63,740 nt of DNA, filler included, from Octopus bimaculoides (GCF_001194135.2; 7 parts of 7 records of this genome joined end to end with filler, not necessarily neighbours in it); one strand, 5' to 3'. Positions 50,695-63,735 are shown, numbered from the whole stretch's first letter. Numbers and translations are program-made. Notes: generated by a model not told the origin, from the letters alone.

Positions 50695-51827
50695 GTTTAG
50701 TTAAAACAAAAAAAAATTAATTTATCGATCTGCCGATCAAAAGGAAAAGATCCTTCTACCGAGGTCAACTTTGCCTTTCACCCTTTCGAGGTCGATAAAT
50801 TAAGTATCAATTGCGTACTGGGGTCGATGTAATCGACTGGCCCCCTCCCCAAAAATTCGTAGAAAGTACTATTTGCATCGGCAACAGTCAACTGAAGAAA
50901 GATCTAAAAGTAGAGTTCATTCGTGTGCGTGATGGAAAGAGAATTCTAACGTTTTAAGCAGGAGACAAGAACTGTCCTACAAGTTTACATCTCTCATCAC
51001 CTCACGGTATACGAATTTTATTGTTCTCCATAGACTTCCTAGTTGCTGATATATGTTGTTCTACAACATCCTCTTTTTATAGTTATTGCTTCATATATGT
51101 TTATCCTACATACAGTTTTCTCATAAAATCTTAGTTTTGTTCAAGGCGATTGTAGTGGTGGCGGCGAGCAGCGCTTTCTTACAAACAAAGCATGAAATAG
51201 CTTTGAAAGCTATTATTTGGTCGAGTAAGTAAGTGGGGGTTGGAATGCTGATTAAAAGAAGAACTGAGATCCTTGTTCTGTTAGTAGTGTTAAGCTGTAT
51301 TTATAAGCAGAAAGACAGTTAACTTGCAAACGTTCCACAGGTTTCATAATGAAGTATAGTTCCCGACTGTAAATGACGTGTTTAGTGCAGTGACTCGCGA
51401 CTCGTGAAGGCGGGTGGCCTAATGGTTAAGATGTTAGAATCTCGATCGTTAAGTATTGGTTCAATTCTTTGACATAGCAGTACGTTGTTTCCCTGGGTAG
51501 GGTACTTTCTTTCACGTTCCCTGAATACATTCAGATGAAAATTAGTACCAGCATTAAAAGACTAATTCTGTGACGGGTTGAGGCACAGTTTGCGGAGTGG
51601 GTGCCTTGAAACCCCAGATACGTTCAAACCTCACGGACCTATGCGTCTGAGGTAATTTTATTTTGTTCAGTTACTCCCAGAATGATGCGCTGCGTCCCAC
51701 TCGAGTACCGCAGTTTTAAAACTGTGAAAAATATAGACTGAATCTCCTGTTAACTATGCCTTATTGAATAAAGCAGAAAGAGATAATTTTCTGTAGTTTA
51801 AGATGTTTATATTTGTAGGTGCAGGCA

Positions 51828-52010
51828 TGGCTGTGCAGTCAAGAAACTTGCATTGCAGTGGCTTAGTTTCGGATTTAGTTCCACGGCGCGGCACCTTGGT
51901 CAAGTGTCTTTGACTATAGCTCTGGAACGACTAATACCTGTGAATGAATTTGCAAGGTGGAAAACTATATAGAAGCCCATCATGTGCGTGTGTGTGTGCG
52001 TATGTGTGTG

Positions 52011-52058
<48 letters not shown>

Positions 52059-52255
52059 TTTATGTTTGTCCCCCACCACCGTTTGACGCTCCCACCTAAA
52101 TTAACGGTTTAGCAAGAGACCGATAAAAAAATATCTGATTTAAAAATAAGCACCGGGATTGATTTATTCGACTCTAAACCCTTCAAGACGGTGCCCTAAC
52201 ATGGCCACAGCCCAATGATTGAAACATGTAAAACATATAAGATAAGATAAAAGAG
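51828..52255 (+). mobile_element. SINE family A with internal (TG)n, decayed
   Basis: Both halves are recognisable. Confidence 0.75.
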
Positions 52256-52504
52256 AAATCAAGCGATTAAATGTTTGTTGTATTTAGCCACCTCTATTTA
52301 TGTTGTGAATTAAAATCCTGCTGTGGACAGCTTTGCCTTTTATCTTCCTGGAGTCAATAAAATGTGAACCATTCTTCAAGGACTGGGATAAATTTAATCC
52401 ATTATTCCGCTCCTCCAAAATTCTTTTACTTTTGTGTAGGTTTTTAGAACGATGTGTTTGCTGAAATAATATTTTGTCTTTCAATATACTGAAGATTCAT
52501 GAAA

Positions 52505-53220
52505 ATGCAAATTAACTGCGGCATTCGTCCGGAGATAATATCTTCTATAGACGTGTTGTATTTAAAGATTCAAACATAACAGTATTAGAAGAAACTTGTC
52601 TAGTTCTGGCGATGAGAATACTAGATGCGCATTTTTGCTTCGTTGTGCTTTATTAGTATCATGGAATCCCTGCCAACCGCATGCAAAAACAAAATTCAAC
52701 GTACTTCAGCTACTGATATAGGAAAGCAATGGTTGAAAACTCAGTGGTTTTGCGATTGGACGCCCGGCAGAACGAAAATTTGCTCTATGTAATAGAAGCA
52801 GTATTAGATTAAAATAGCTATCGCAAAAAAGCAAACTAACTGCGGTACTGGTTCGGAGATGATATCTTTTATGGACGTACTGTGTGTAAAAATACAAGCA
52901 TATCAGTATCAGAGGAAAGTTGTCAAGTAGTGGCTGTGAGAATGCTAGATGCACATTTCCGCCTCGTTGCGCTTTGTCAGTAGCATGTAATCACTGTCAA
53001 CCGCATGCATAGATAATATTTATCTCACTTTGGCTATTGGTATAGGAAAGCAGTGACTGGAAAATCATTGGTGTTGTGATTAGATGCACAGCTGATTGAA
53101 AATCTGTTTTATGCAATACAAGCAGTATTGAATTAAAATAGATATCGCGAAAAAGCAAATTATCTGCGGTAGTCGTCCGAGGATAATATCTCTTTTTAAA
53201 CGTAGTACGTCTATAAAAGA
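52505..53220. repeat. Degenerate tandem repeat, period exactly 324 bp (about 2.2 copies)
   Basis: The anchor A(A/T)CTGCGG falls at 52514, 52838 and 53162. Copies align without gaps at roughly 75-80% identity (hand count). Confidence 0.9.
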
Positions 53221-53399
53221 AAGCAGGGTTGAAGAAGATACAAAAGCAAATCTTAAACCCTTATTAATTTTGCTAAAGAGGCTGCTGCACGAAGAAGATA
53301 ACATCAATGCAATAGATAAGTTAATGGGAGAGCATGAAAATTAAAACTTTACTCGCTGAAGCGAAAATTATATACAGTAATATATATATAGATCCTGCA

Positions 53400-53690
53400 G
53401 AGATTTGCTTCAAACTTTGGCATTGAAAGATTACTAATCCTCAAACAGAACGCCACTGCATAGTTCCAAAGGTTCCTTGTTAGCCATCCAGATTTAGAAC
53501 CGTATACTGTAATCGCTGAGGGTTCATAAACCCAGACTTCGAAAAGCATATTGCAAAACTTAAAAAAGCCTAAATGGTGTACATGAAGATGTTTTCAAAA
53601 AGCAACTGGACATTGAGGTTCCTTCGGCGCAAGAAATACAAGTGGCAGCAGCTACTTGGAACTTTTTTATTAACCAAATGCCAACTAAGG
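53400..53690 (+). mobile_element. Decayed CR1/Jockey-group LINE 3' fragment (same family as 35310-35670)
   Basis: SNFGIE...LNGVHEDVFKKQLD...QEIQVAAA..N.FINQMP*. Confidence 0.6.
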
Positions 53691-53849
53691 GAATGGTATA
53701 AATGATAGAGCATAGCGGTGCTCAGCGCGGATACAGCTTACAAGCTGAAATTAGTAAAAAAAAAAAGAAAAAAAAAGATAAAATGTTATATGTAATGAAT
53801 AAATATGTATGTATGTACATATAAAATACATAACATAGGTAATGAATAC

Positions 53850-54050
53850 TCTTTTACTTGTTTCAGTCATTTGACTATGGCCATGCTGGAGCACCACATC
53901 TAGTCGAGCAAATCGACCCCAGGACTAATTCTTTGGATGCTCAGTACTTATTCTATCGGTCTCTTTTGCCGAACCGCTAATTTACGGGGACATAAATACA
54001 CCAGCATCGGTTGTCAAGCGATGTTGGGGGAACAAACACGGACACACAAA
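53850..54050 (-). mobile_element. SINE family A, 3' half
   Basis: Reverse complement matches. Confidence 0.85.
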
Positions 54051-54084
54051 CATATACACACACATACATATATATATATACATG

Positions 54085-54971
54085 CACATTGATTGTTTTT
54101 CATTTTGCCGACTTCACAGTATAAGAAGGTCAGTTGGGCAACATCTGTGAGTAAAACAGCACCATGACGTAATTCACTCTGACAGAAATTTGGAAACGAC
54201 ATGCCCTACTGCCTGGCATTCGCGCCGTCAATCTGAGGAGAGTGAAATCTGATGGCGTGTATCGAGAGTGATAAAAATCAAACATCCAGTAAACATCATG
54301 ACGTTTGGAATGATCACTAGCGATGGCGATGTTATGCCTCCATTCATCTTCCCACACGGCCTCAAACTCAACACCGAGGCCTTCATTAAGTGCTTGGAGG
54401 AGGTAGTGCTGCCCTGGGTCGAGAGGGTGGCTGCTGGAAGGCCCAATGTCTGGCAACACGATTCCACACCAAGGCACTTGCAGTCTGGGAAGTTAGGTGA
54501 CCAGATGTTAGGGATGATGTCGCAGAAATTGTCTGACAGCCATAATTGGGTTCTCCTGCTTGTGTGCCTTGGTGCGGAATCGTGTTGCCAGACAGGAGAA
54601 CCCAGTCATGACTGTCAGACAATTTCTGCGACCACATCAACCCTAACATCTGGTCACCTAACTTCCCAGACTGCAACTCCCTTGATTATTATGTGTGGGG
54701 CGCAGTTGAGCGAGAGACCAACAAAACTCCTTGTAACACCCAAAATGAACTGAAGGTAAGGATTACGAGCAGCATTCACCAACTTAAACATGAAGACCGT
54801 CCAGAAGAGTTGCAGGAGATTCCGAAGTCGTCTGGTGATTTTATTGAATAAATTTACTCTTTAGTATTTCAAGATACTTTTATGTGATTATGGTAAATAT
54901 ATCTGTTAAAATGAGACGTTAGTGTTTTCATTTTTGCGTAATTTAGACGACAGTTTATTCACTGCACCCTG
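54085..54971 (+). mobile_element. Tc1/mariner-superfamily DD37D (maT-like) element, internally deleted and rearranged
   Basis: IKHPVNIM.FG.ITSDGDVMPPFIFPHG...LPWV.RVAAGRP.VWQHDS, then WSPNFPDCNSLDYYVWGAVERE...GDFIE*. The reconstructed spacing between the 2nd and 3rd Asp is 37. Right end ...TTCACTGCACCCTG. Confidence 0.9.
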
Positions 54972-55569
54972 TGTATGTACGAGTGTGTGTATATATATAT
55001 ATATATATATNNNNNNNNNNNNNNNNNNNNNNNNNNNNTATATACATATACATATATATATATACAGACACATGCATATACATGTGTGCACACGCAGAAA
55101 CATATTTCTCATCCACTTTCAATACTCCACAATAACCCACACCAGCCTCTCCCGCATTCCAACATTCCCATCTTCCGAGAAGCTTAACTCCTTCAACCTA
55201 TTGTTTATTTCAAAATACAATAACAACTTTCTGTCTGAGAAAGCGGAAAAAAGAGTTAAAGATTGTCTGTCAATGTATAGTCGTGCGCGCGCGCGTGTGT
55301 GCGTGTGAGTGTGTGTACACGAGTATGTGAGTGTTTGTCATTCTGAGTTTTACAAAACTATATTGATTTATATTGCTGTTTACTTCACTCCTTGCAAGAC
55401 TGTTATTTTTGTTGTTGTTGTTGTAGTTATGTTGTTATTGTATTAATTGTTTTTCTGTGTTTCGTATTCGTTTCTGCTTCAAAGTGTAAGAAATACACAC
55501 ATACATGCAAACATACATATATGCATACATACATGCATACATACAGTCAGACACGACGTGAGCGCGTGC

Positions 55570-55620
<51 letters not shown>

Positions 55621-56603
55621 GTTGAAATTAAAACAAAACACATATATATCTGGCATATACAGGTGCTTACAATTATATATATATATTGGTCACTAAATAT
55701 CCTTTTTAATTTTCATATGTCATATGTGCTTGTATATTGTTTTTATTGTCCAGTCCTCTTAGTTGAAAATTAAACAGGCAAATTGACATAATACAATGTC
55801 TGCAAGTTGATGAGTACCGCATATTCCCCTCCATTTCTTATTGCCTTCAAGAGAAATTTTGCATGACCCCTTCGGGGCCCCGGGGTGTAGATAGATACTC
55901 TTAGTGTAATCATATGTCTATACAACTAAGCCTACAATAATTAATAATAAATACGAATAAAAAGAAGTGCAGTGTGATAAGTATAGTGATGTTTGTGTAT
56001 GTGAATGTAAGTCTTTGTCGGGCTGGGGGTAGAAAGTGCTTGTTTTCGAGTCGGGATGGATGTTTTATGGCTGCTGTGGAGCACTTCTTAGCTGTTGGGT
56101 TCCGGAACAAAGTACTGGGTGGGCCTCCCACTCGGAGGGAGCAGTGATTGAAGGTAAACAAACTTAATAATACTACTTCAAATACGTTTGAGATTTTTGA
56201 ACCCGTAAAAAGCTTATCAGCGCTGTTTGCTATGGTGGAAACATTCTCCCTTGAAACAAAAAGATGTAAAAATACCGTATTCAGCTCAGAGCGCCCCCTG
56301 TTAGACAAATTGATTTATGCATTGTGAACTTTTAATTCTCATCAACACCAGATACCGAAAAGAGGTGGCCGATGCGCGCCATCAGTTACTAATATTGACT
56401 GAAATCTTATAATAGAAACTTCACTTCCCAGTCAGATTAGAGTTACCACTCTTTGGGTATCTAGGACTGATGAGAACTAAGAATTCAAAATGCATGTCTC
56501 TGTCCATCAGTTTAGGGGAAGTTCTGAGCTCCTTGGTGTTTTTACACTTTTTGTCTCGACCGAGAATTCTTTTTTCGCTAAGATAAACTTCCGTGAAAGC
56601 ACT

Positions 56604-56660
<57 letters not shown>

Positions 56661-56847
56661 ATGTATGTATGTATGTATGTATGTATGTATGTGTGTATGT
56701 ATGTAGAGGCAATTATGCGGATAAACAAATTAGATGATAATCAAATATTTTTAATATATTAGTTTGGGTATGAAATACAAAATATGTATACATGCAAAGC
56801 GAGAAAAGTAGTGTGTGTGCGTGTGAAAAAGAGAGAGAGTATACATG

Positions 56848-56884
<37 letters not shown>

Positions 56885-56893
56885 ATGCATATA

Positions 56894-56960
<67 letters not shown>

Positions 56961-57957
56961 GTGNNNNNNNNNNNNNNNNNNNNNNNNNNNNNNNNNNNNN
57001 NNNNNNNTTAATTAATTAANNNNNNNNNNNNNNNNNNNNNNNNNNNNNNNNNNNNNNNNNNNNTCATATATATATATATATATGATATAAATAATATATA
57101 AATATATGCATATATACATACACATATGTACATACCTACATATATATGTATATATATACATGCATATATGGGTACAGGACATTAAAAAAACGTGGACAGA
57201 ATGAGAAACGAGAATATAAAAAACAAAAACATAGAAAACGAATTTTTTTTCGAACAACGAAAAAAAAAAAGAAAAACAGAGAAACGAGACATGCAACATA
57301 AAGAACATTCCCTTCATCAGTTGTCCCCTGTTTTATCTACTCCGCGTATGCATACGTGTGTGCGTATATGTATATTGATGTATGCGTGCTTGCATTTATG
57401 TATATCTATGTACACACACATACATACACACATGTATTGATATATCCGTGTATCTGATTTTTTTTTGTGTGTATGTGTCTCTCCATATGAACGCGTTTGT
57501 GCGCCCGCATTCATATACGTATGCATGTATGTATGTATGTTCCTGTGTATATATATAAATGTATTTACAAAATTCTATTTGATATAGGTGTATAAATGCA
57601 ATTTTACTTGTCTATAGATTTTTGCCAATGCTGGCTAATTTAATATTAATAGTTTCCATTAGGCTGCCTAGAGCTTTTTAGAATTAACCTGAGAGAATCT
57701 TGGTCAACTTGGCACCGCCATCTTGTCGAGGCTGGAAAAATAATCGATATTTTCTGTGAGCGAAATCACATGAGGTCAGAGGAGTTTGGTGATGTCATCA
57801 CTAACGAACTGACAGCATCTGATATTGGTGATGTACAACAGCCACTCGCCACCAACTCCGATCGAGTAGATCTATGATCAATGATATTCCAGCCGTGACC
57901 ATCACGTCCTTTTTCTTATAAGAACAACATATCTAAGATTGGTATAGTTTCCATGTT

Positions 57958-58225
57958 CGTCTTTTACTTGTTTCAGTCATTAGCCTGCGCCCATACTGGG
58001 GCACCGCATTGAAGAATTTTCGTCGAACGAATTAAGCTTAGCACTAGTACTTATTCTGTGAGTCTTTTTTGACGAACCGCTAAGTTACGGGGAGTAAAGA
58101 CACCGGTTAACAAGTGGTGGTGGTGGTGGATAAAAGTAGACACACACACGTTGAGCTTGTTTTAGTTTCCAAGTATCAAGTCCACTCACAAGGCTTTGGT
58201 TGGCCGGACACTATAGTAGAAGACA
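57958..58225 (-). mobile_element. SINE family A, decayed
   Basis: Reverse complement matches. Confidence 0.75.
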
Positions 58226-58444
58226 TTTGCCCAAGGTACCGTGTAAAAGTTATAAAAAATTAATTATACGGGTCGATGGTTTTTTATTTTGCTTTTACCA
58301 AGTATTTCAATATTTTGGGTTAATACATCTTCTTCAGGAAATCTTCAGAAAAGTCAGCTAACAACACCTTTTCTCCGAATATTTCCCCGGAGGAGCAGTT
58401 CTAACCTTGAAATATTGGAATACTAAGTGAAAGCATAAACTATT

Positions 58445-58670
58445 GACTTATATTGTGATGGCACTCCGTCGGTTACGACGACGAGAGTTCCAGTTGATCC
58501 AATCAACGGAACAGCCTGCTCGTGAAATTAACGTGTATGTGGCTGAGTGCTCCACAGATACGCGTACACTTAACGTAGTTCTAAGAATGATTCAGCATGA
58601 CACAGAATGTGACAAGCAGGCCCCTTTGAATTACTGGTACTACTCATTTTTGCCAGCTGAGTAAACTGAG
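58445..58670 (-). mobile_element. SINE family D 3' part joined to a CORE-like segment
   Basis: 58445-58625 matches 16550-16725; the sequence then switches to TACTACTCATTTTTGCCAGCTGAGT. Confidence 0.7.
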
Positions 58671-58693
58671 TTGACTTATATTATCAATTCAAA

Positions 58694-59073
58694 TAAGGCG
58701 GCAGAATCGTTAGCACTCCGGACAAAATGCTCAGCAGCACTTCGTTCGTCTTTACGTTCTGAGTTCAAATTCCACTGAGCTCCACTTTGCCTTTCATCCT
58801 TTCAGGGTCGATAAAATAATTACCAGTTGAGTACTGGGGACAATGTAATCGACTTACCCCTCTCCCCCGAAATTGCTGGCCTTGTGCCAAAATTATTATT
58901 ATTACTATCATTAATTAAAATAATCCTTTCTACTAAAGGTACAAGGCCTGAAATTGGGGCGGGGGCGGGGAATAATCGATTACATCGATCCCAGTGTTTC
59001 ACTGGTACTTAATTTATCGACCCTGAAAGGATGAAAGACAAAGTCGACCTCGGCGGAATTTGAACTCAGAACG
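58694..59073. mobile_element. Tail-to-tail inverted pair of family B SINEs sharing an (ATT)n spacer
   Basis: Plus copy 58694-58890, minus copy 58921-59073, separated by about 30 bp. Confidence 0.85.
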
Positions 59074-59359
59074 CAGCATTTCTCTCGCCCCCTCTCTTCC
59101 ACTTTCCCCCCTCCTTCCATCTCTCTCTTTTCATTTCCCTCTCTTTCTCATTCCCTATCTTCTCTTCCTAATGAAAAAACAAGTCTTTTCTATTCCCCCT
59201 CCCCTTCTCTCCCTCCTTTCTCTCTCCCCCTTCTCCCTTCTTCTCCCTATCTCTTTCCCNNNNNNNNNNNNNNNNNNNNNNNNNNNNNNNNNNNNNNNNN
59301 NNNTTAATTAATTAANNNNNNNNNNNNNNNNNNNNNNNNNNNNNNNNNNNNNNNNNNNN

Positions 59360-59401
<42 letters not shown>

Positions 59402-59484
59402 TGTGTGTGTAACTGAAACACAGACATATTAGCAAGTATGCAGAATAACGTTTTGAATTATAAAATGAAGCAAAAGTGTGTATT

Positions 59485-59590
59485 GGCGTAGGAATGGCTG
59501 TGTGGTAAGTAGCTTGCTTACCAACCACATGGTTCCGGGTTCAGTCCCACTGTCTTCTACTATAGCCTCGGGCTGAAACAAGTAAAAGAG
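59485..59590 (+). mobile_element. SINE family A, internally deleted (head fused to extreme 3' end)
   Basis: ...GGTTCAGTCCCACTG|TCTTCTACTATAGCCTCGGG|CTGAAACAAGTAAAAGAG. Confidence 0.8.
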
Positions 59591-59903
59591 TATTGGGCAC
59601 ATAGTAGATTTTATTAATTATACACATACTCTGACGCTGAACTCTCTTCCTACGCGTGTGTAACCGTGTGTATAACCGATTAATGAACTGTCATATTAAA
59701 CTATCATTCTAGCAACCCTATCCATGACAATTCATATTCCATATTCCTCTTACGTACACAAATAAATTAATAGGTGCTCTTATGCGCTATCCTATGCTCT
59801 GCATGTTCGATATTCATTTAGAATCTATTGAGCAAAATGTTATTATAAAATCTACACAATGATCTAAAACAGCCAGTCAAGTTGACGGGTTCTACGCTAG
59901 TGA

Positions 59904-59957
<54 letters not shown>

Positions 59958-61964
59958 TAGTAGTAGTAATGGTGGTGGTGGTGGTGGTGGTGGTACCAAT
60001 AGTAAATAAAATTTTCCATTAAGAGAGAAATATTTCAAGAGGTCTCTCTCTTTCTCCACCCCTATTATGTTTGGCACTTACGTTTTTAACCAGCGAGTTA
60101 AAACAGAACTAGATTTGAACATTATAATAACTATTAGATACTCAACCATATTTCCTATGTGAATGATCGCAATTTGTATGCTTCGAATGATAAACAACTT
60201 CATAGACAATAACAGACAGTACATTGTTACGAGATTGGTTTTAAAAACGTGCGAGGAAGCATCTTCGAAGAAAAGCAAATTTAATAGGAATATTAATATC
60301 TTGCAACATAAAGACAGTGAGATAAAAGACGTTGACCAATTGCAGGCATACAGACACTTAGCAATAAATTAAGTATATAAGGTAGAACAGACAGAAATGA
60401 AAGAAAATTAAGGAAGAAAAATCTGAATCGCATTATATTAACCCTTTAAATGCTTGTTCCAGTAATAGCTTCCAATTATATCATGTTGAATTGGACACTA
60501 AGCTAACTAGCATGACTAAACATTAAAATAATGACTACGGTTAGAATTCAATATCTAATGACTGATAGAATTATATTTACATCAGTGTAATATCTGATGG
60601 AATTAAATTTACAGCAACTATAAGCTCGTAGACAGTATTTATCACTCAAAACTATTATGAAACCGCCACTGTTGGTCTACAAAATACGTCTCATAAATGG
60701 TAGAAAAATGACAGCATTACCTTCGGTACATGAATAATACAAATGGAACTAAAGAATGAAAATTAAATCATATAATCAATAGAGAATATGATAATGCATG
60801 AGAACGAAAGACTTCATACAAAATTCCTAACGTTTATACATCAGGGCTGGTTTTCATATTTTAAGATTAGCTTACAATCATGAATACTATACAAGTTTGA
60901 TGACACAAAACTTATCAGGTGTTGTAGGTATTAAAATTCATCATTTTAGGTGATTCATACTGAAGGTGATGTGAACACTGAAGAGGGAATTTGAAAATGA
61001 CTGCAAATTGCCGGAAGGTAACTTGAAATGGGGGTGAGGACACTTGAAAGGTTTACAGTAAGAGAAAATATAAATTCAATGCTTTTCACGGATATATGGG
61101 GATATGGAATGATATATAATCAAGGATATAACAAGAAAAGAAAACCATAAAAGCACAGTGAGCTTCTTGTACTCATACGTGATGCCTTTTCGTAGTTCCC
61201 TGAGTTTTCTCTAAATGCAGAAAGAGTTCGGGCCATCAGTTTTTTTTTTCCTGTTGAGGTATAATTTTTGTTGTATTCATACTTCCTCGCTATATACTGT
61301 AGTATGCAAAAAAACTGATCCCTTTATACTTCTTTCTCCCTCTTGTCCTAAAACGTTTGCATCGTAATACAATAACAGCCGGAAAAGATAAAACTTCTGT
61401 TCGCAGATGTATTCTTAGAACTATTGCTGTGTCTCATAGAGACGTACTTGCGTTATGTCATGTAAAGTAAACATGTGCCTCCCTTTTTTCTAAATGATGG
61501 AAGATATGATTCCAAACGGCAAAACTCGTCCGCCACTCAAATTTTATCGGTATATTGTATGTGTGATTATGTAGATTTTGTTGTTGTCTGATTGTAACAA
61601 AATCATTCTTAAGATTATTATTCCCTATAGAAATATTAATATTTCTCCTAGGATGCGACTGGAAATAAAATGGTTGCCGATATTTTTTCTCGGTGTAAAA
61701 TCATTTCAAGCAATGTTTGTCTTAACTAGATTTGTCTTGCTGCGGGTTTAGCATCGTTATATGAAGCAACATACCTAAACATGACTGAAACGTGAAAATT
61801 TCTCTTACAACATAAAACTGCGTTTTCCATCTCAATATTGATATACTAGTCTCTAGAGTGTAAAAGGATCTACTACTCACTATATGAAAATTGTAATTAA
61901 GTAGAGGAAAGATGTTACAATCCATCCTCGATGAGCTACACGAAAAAGAAACCCGAACATGGCA

Positions 61965-62140
<176 letters not shown>

Positions 62141-62223
62141 TGAGGCAGAGGGAGTCAATACACAGACAGATTTAATGCGTAAGAGTCTACATATAATGAA
62201 ATGATTAATAATAATAATAATAA

Positions 62224-62553
62224 TATTACGGAGATGTACTTGCATAGCAAGTGACCTGATCTGAGATCGTGTGCTGGAACGAAAACAATTGCAGCGTGGA
62301 AGGTGTTTATAAGCCATTTAAAATAACACACAAAAGCCGTCAGATTCACTTCAACATTTAAATTTAATTTGTCAAAATATTTTCGTCGCTTTGAGACCGC
62401 GACCTGTTCACTGAGATGCAGCACAATTTTGTCAGTGAACAGGTCGCGCTCTCAAAACGACGAAAATATTTTGACAAATTAAATTTAAATGTTGAAGTGA
62501 ATCTGACGGATTTTGTGTGTTATTTTAAATGGCTTATAAACACCTTCCACGCT
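62224..62553. repeat. Repeat element with fold-back: 122-bp arms, 17-nt spacer, embedded in (AAT)n
   Basis: 62293-62414 is the reverse complement of 62432-62553 with 3 mismatches by hand comparison. Confidence 0.95.
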
Positions 62554-63691
62554 ATAATAATAATAATAATAATAANNNNNNNNNNNNNNNNNNNNNNNNN
62601 NNNNNNNNNNNNNNNNNNNTTAATTAATTAANNNNNNNNNNNNNNNNNNNNNNNNNNNNNNNNNNNNNNNNNNNNCATAAACACGATGGTTTCCATCAAA
62701 TTTCACTTTCAAACCGAAGCTTGTTTTAACTGTAACCCATCCGGCAGAGTAAGTGACAGTAAATCCCTTGTAATTAACCAACGGCATTGTCAATGCTTGA
62801 TTGTTAACCTAAAATTTCGCAAGAATGGTTAATATATTAACTAAGAAGCATATTATATATAATAAGCATTTTCATAAACACAAAGCAATCATCTGCTCGT
62901 CAAATATAAGGTAAGCCCATATATACAAGTATAAATGTATGAGTCTGTGTTAGTATGTGAGTATGTGCGTGTGTAAAAAGGCGTGTATGTGTAAAGGTGT
63001 GAATGTGTGTGTGTATATGTGTATATGTATGTTTCTATGAATATGCATCGATTTGTATATAAGTTGCGCAATCAAACTACGTTGCAAGATAAATATCCAG
63101 TATTTAGAACATCATTGACAGGATTAACTGTGAATAGTACACGTAATATAACTCAAGTATCATTTGGTTGTAATCCACAATTGGGTTTATCACAAACTAC
63201 TCACAGAAATCAAAATAGCAGGTCTTGTTTATAAAATGTTTTGTTTCATCACATTACACACATTTCATTAACAAAGAAGGATTATCAGTTGTATAACGGA
63301 AATTATATACTCGAGCTTCATTATCAAATCTCCAATAGTGTGTGACTCTCAAAACTTTATGTATTGATACTGAATAAGTCACAGCGTTACCGTCACTGCA
63401 GCTGCAAGCACTGTGCAGAATTTTCTCAAGTTGTTAGTTTATATGTTTAGCATTTTTTTAGGGAGGAAGCCATCTCGAAAACATGGAAAATCGAAAATAA
63501 GTCAGGCAACGTTTGTTCTGTGAAACCATCTTTCGATTAATTAGCTTTAGTTTAAAGAGCACAATATGGTATCCTTCGGTGTTAGCAATTTATTCGGTCG
63601 TTACTTTGTTACTTATTGATTTTATTCATGGATTCAGTCACTCAATACGAAAATATAAGCATAAATTCAGATCCATATATATTAAAAGTCA

Positions 63692-63735
<44 letters not shown>

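Noticed and set aside
52505-53220. UDP-glucuronosyltransferase-like reading (YHGIP...RLD...ENLLY.I.AVL..N.YR.KA) of the 324-bp repeat in a plus frame
   Set aside because: That frame has stops shared between copies, the signature residues between motifs do not match, and UGTs are not tandemly repeated at this scale.
55910-56308. 132-aa minus ORF, a 62-nt AG/GT-bounded segment and a CTCF-like AACAGGGGGCGCT near 56290
   Set aside because: No recognisable homology; single motif matches are expected by chance.
57715-57724. Perfect YY1-type CCGCCATCTT (AAGATGGCGG)
   Set aside because: An isolated motif; the ATG frame closes after 5 codons and it lies next to a decayed repeat.
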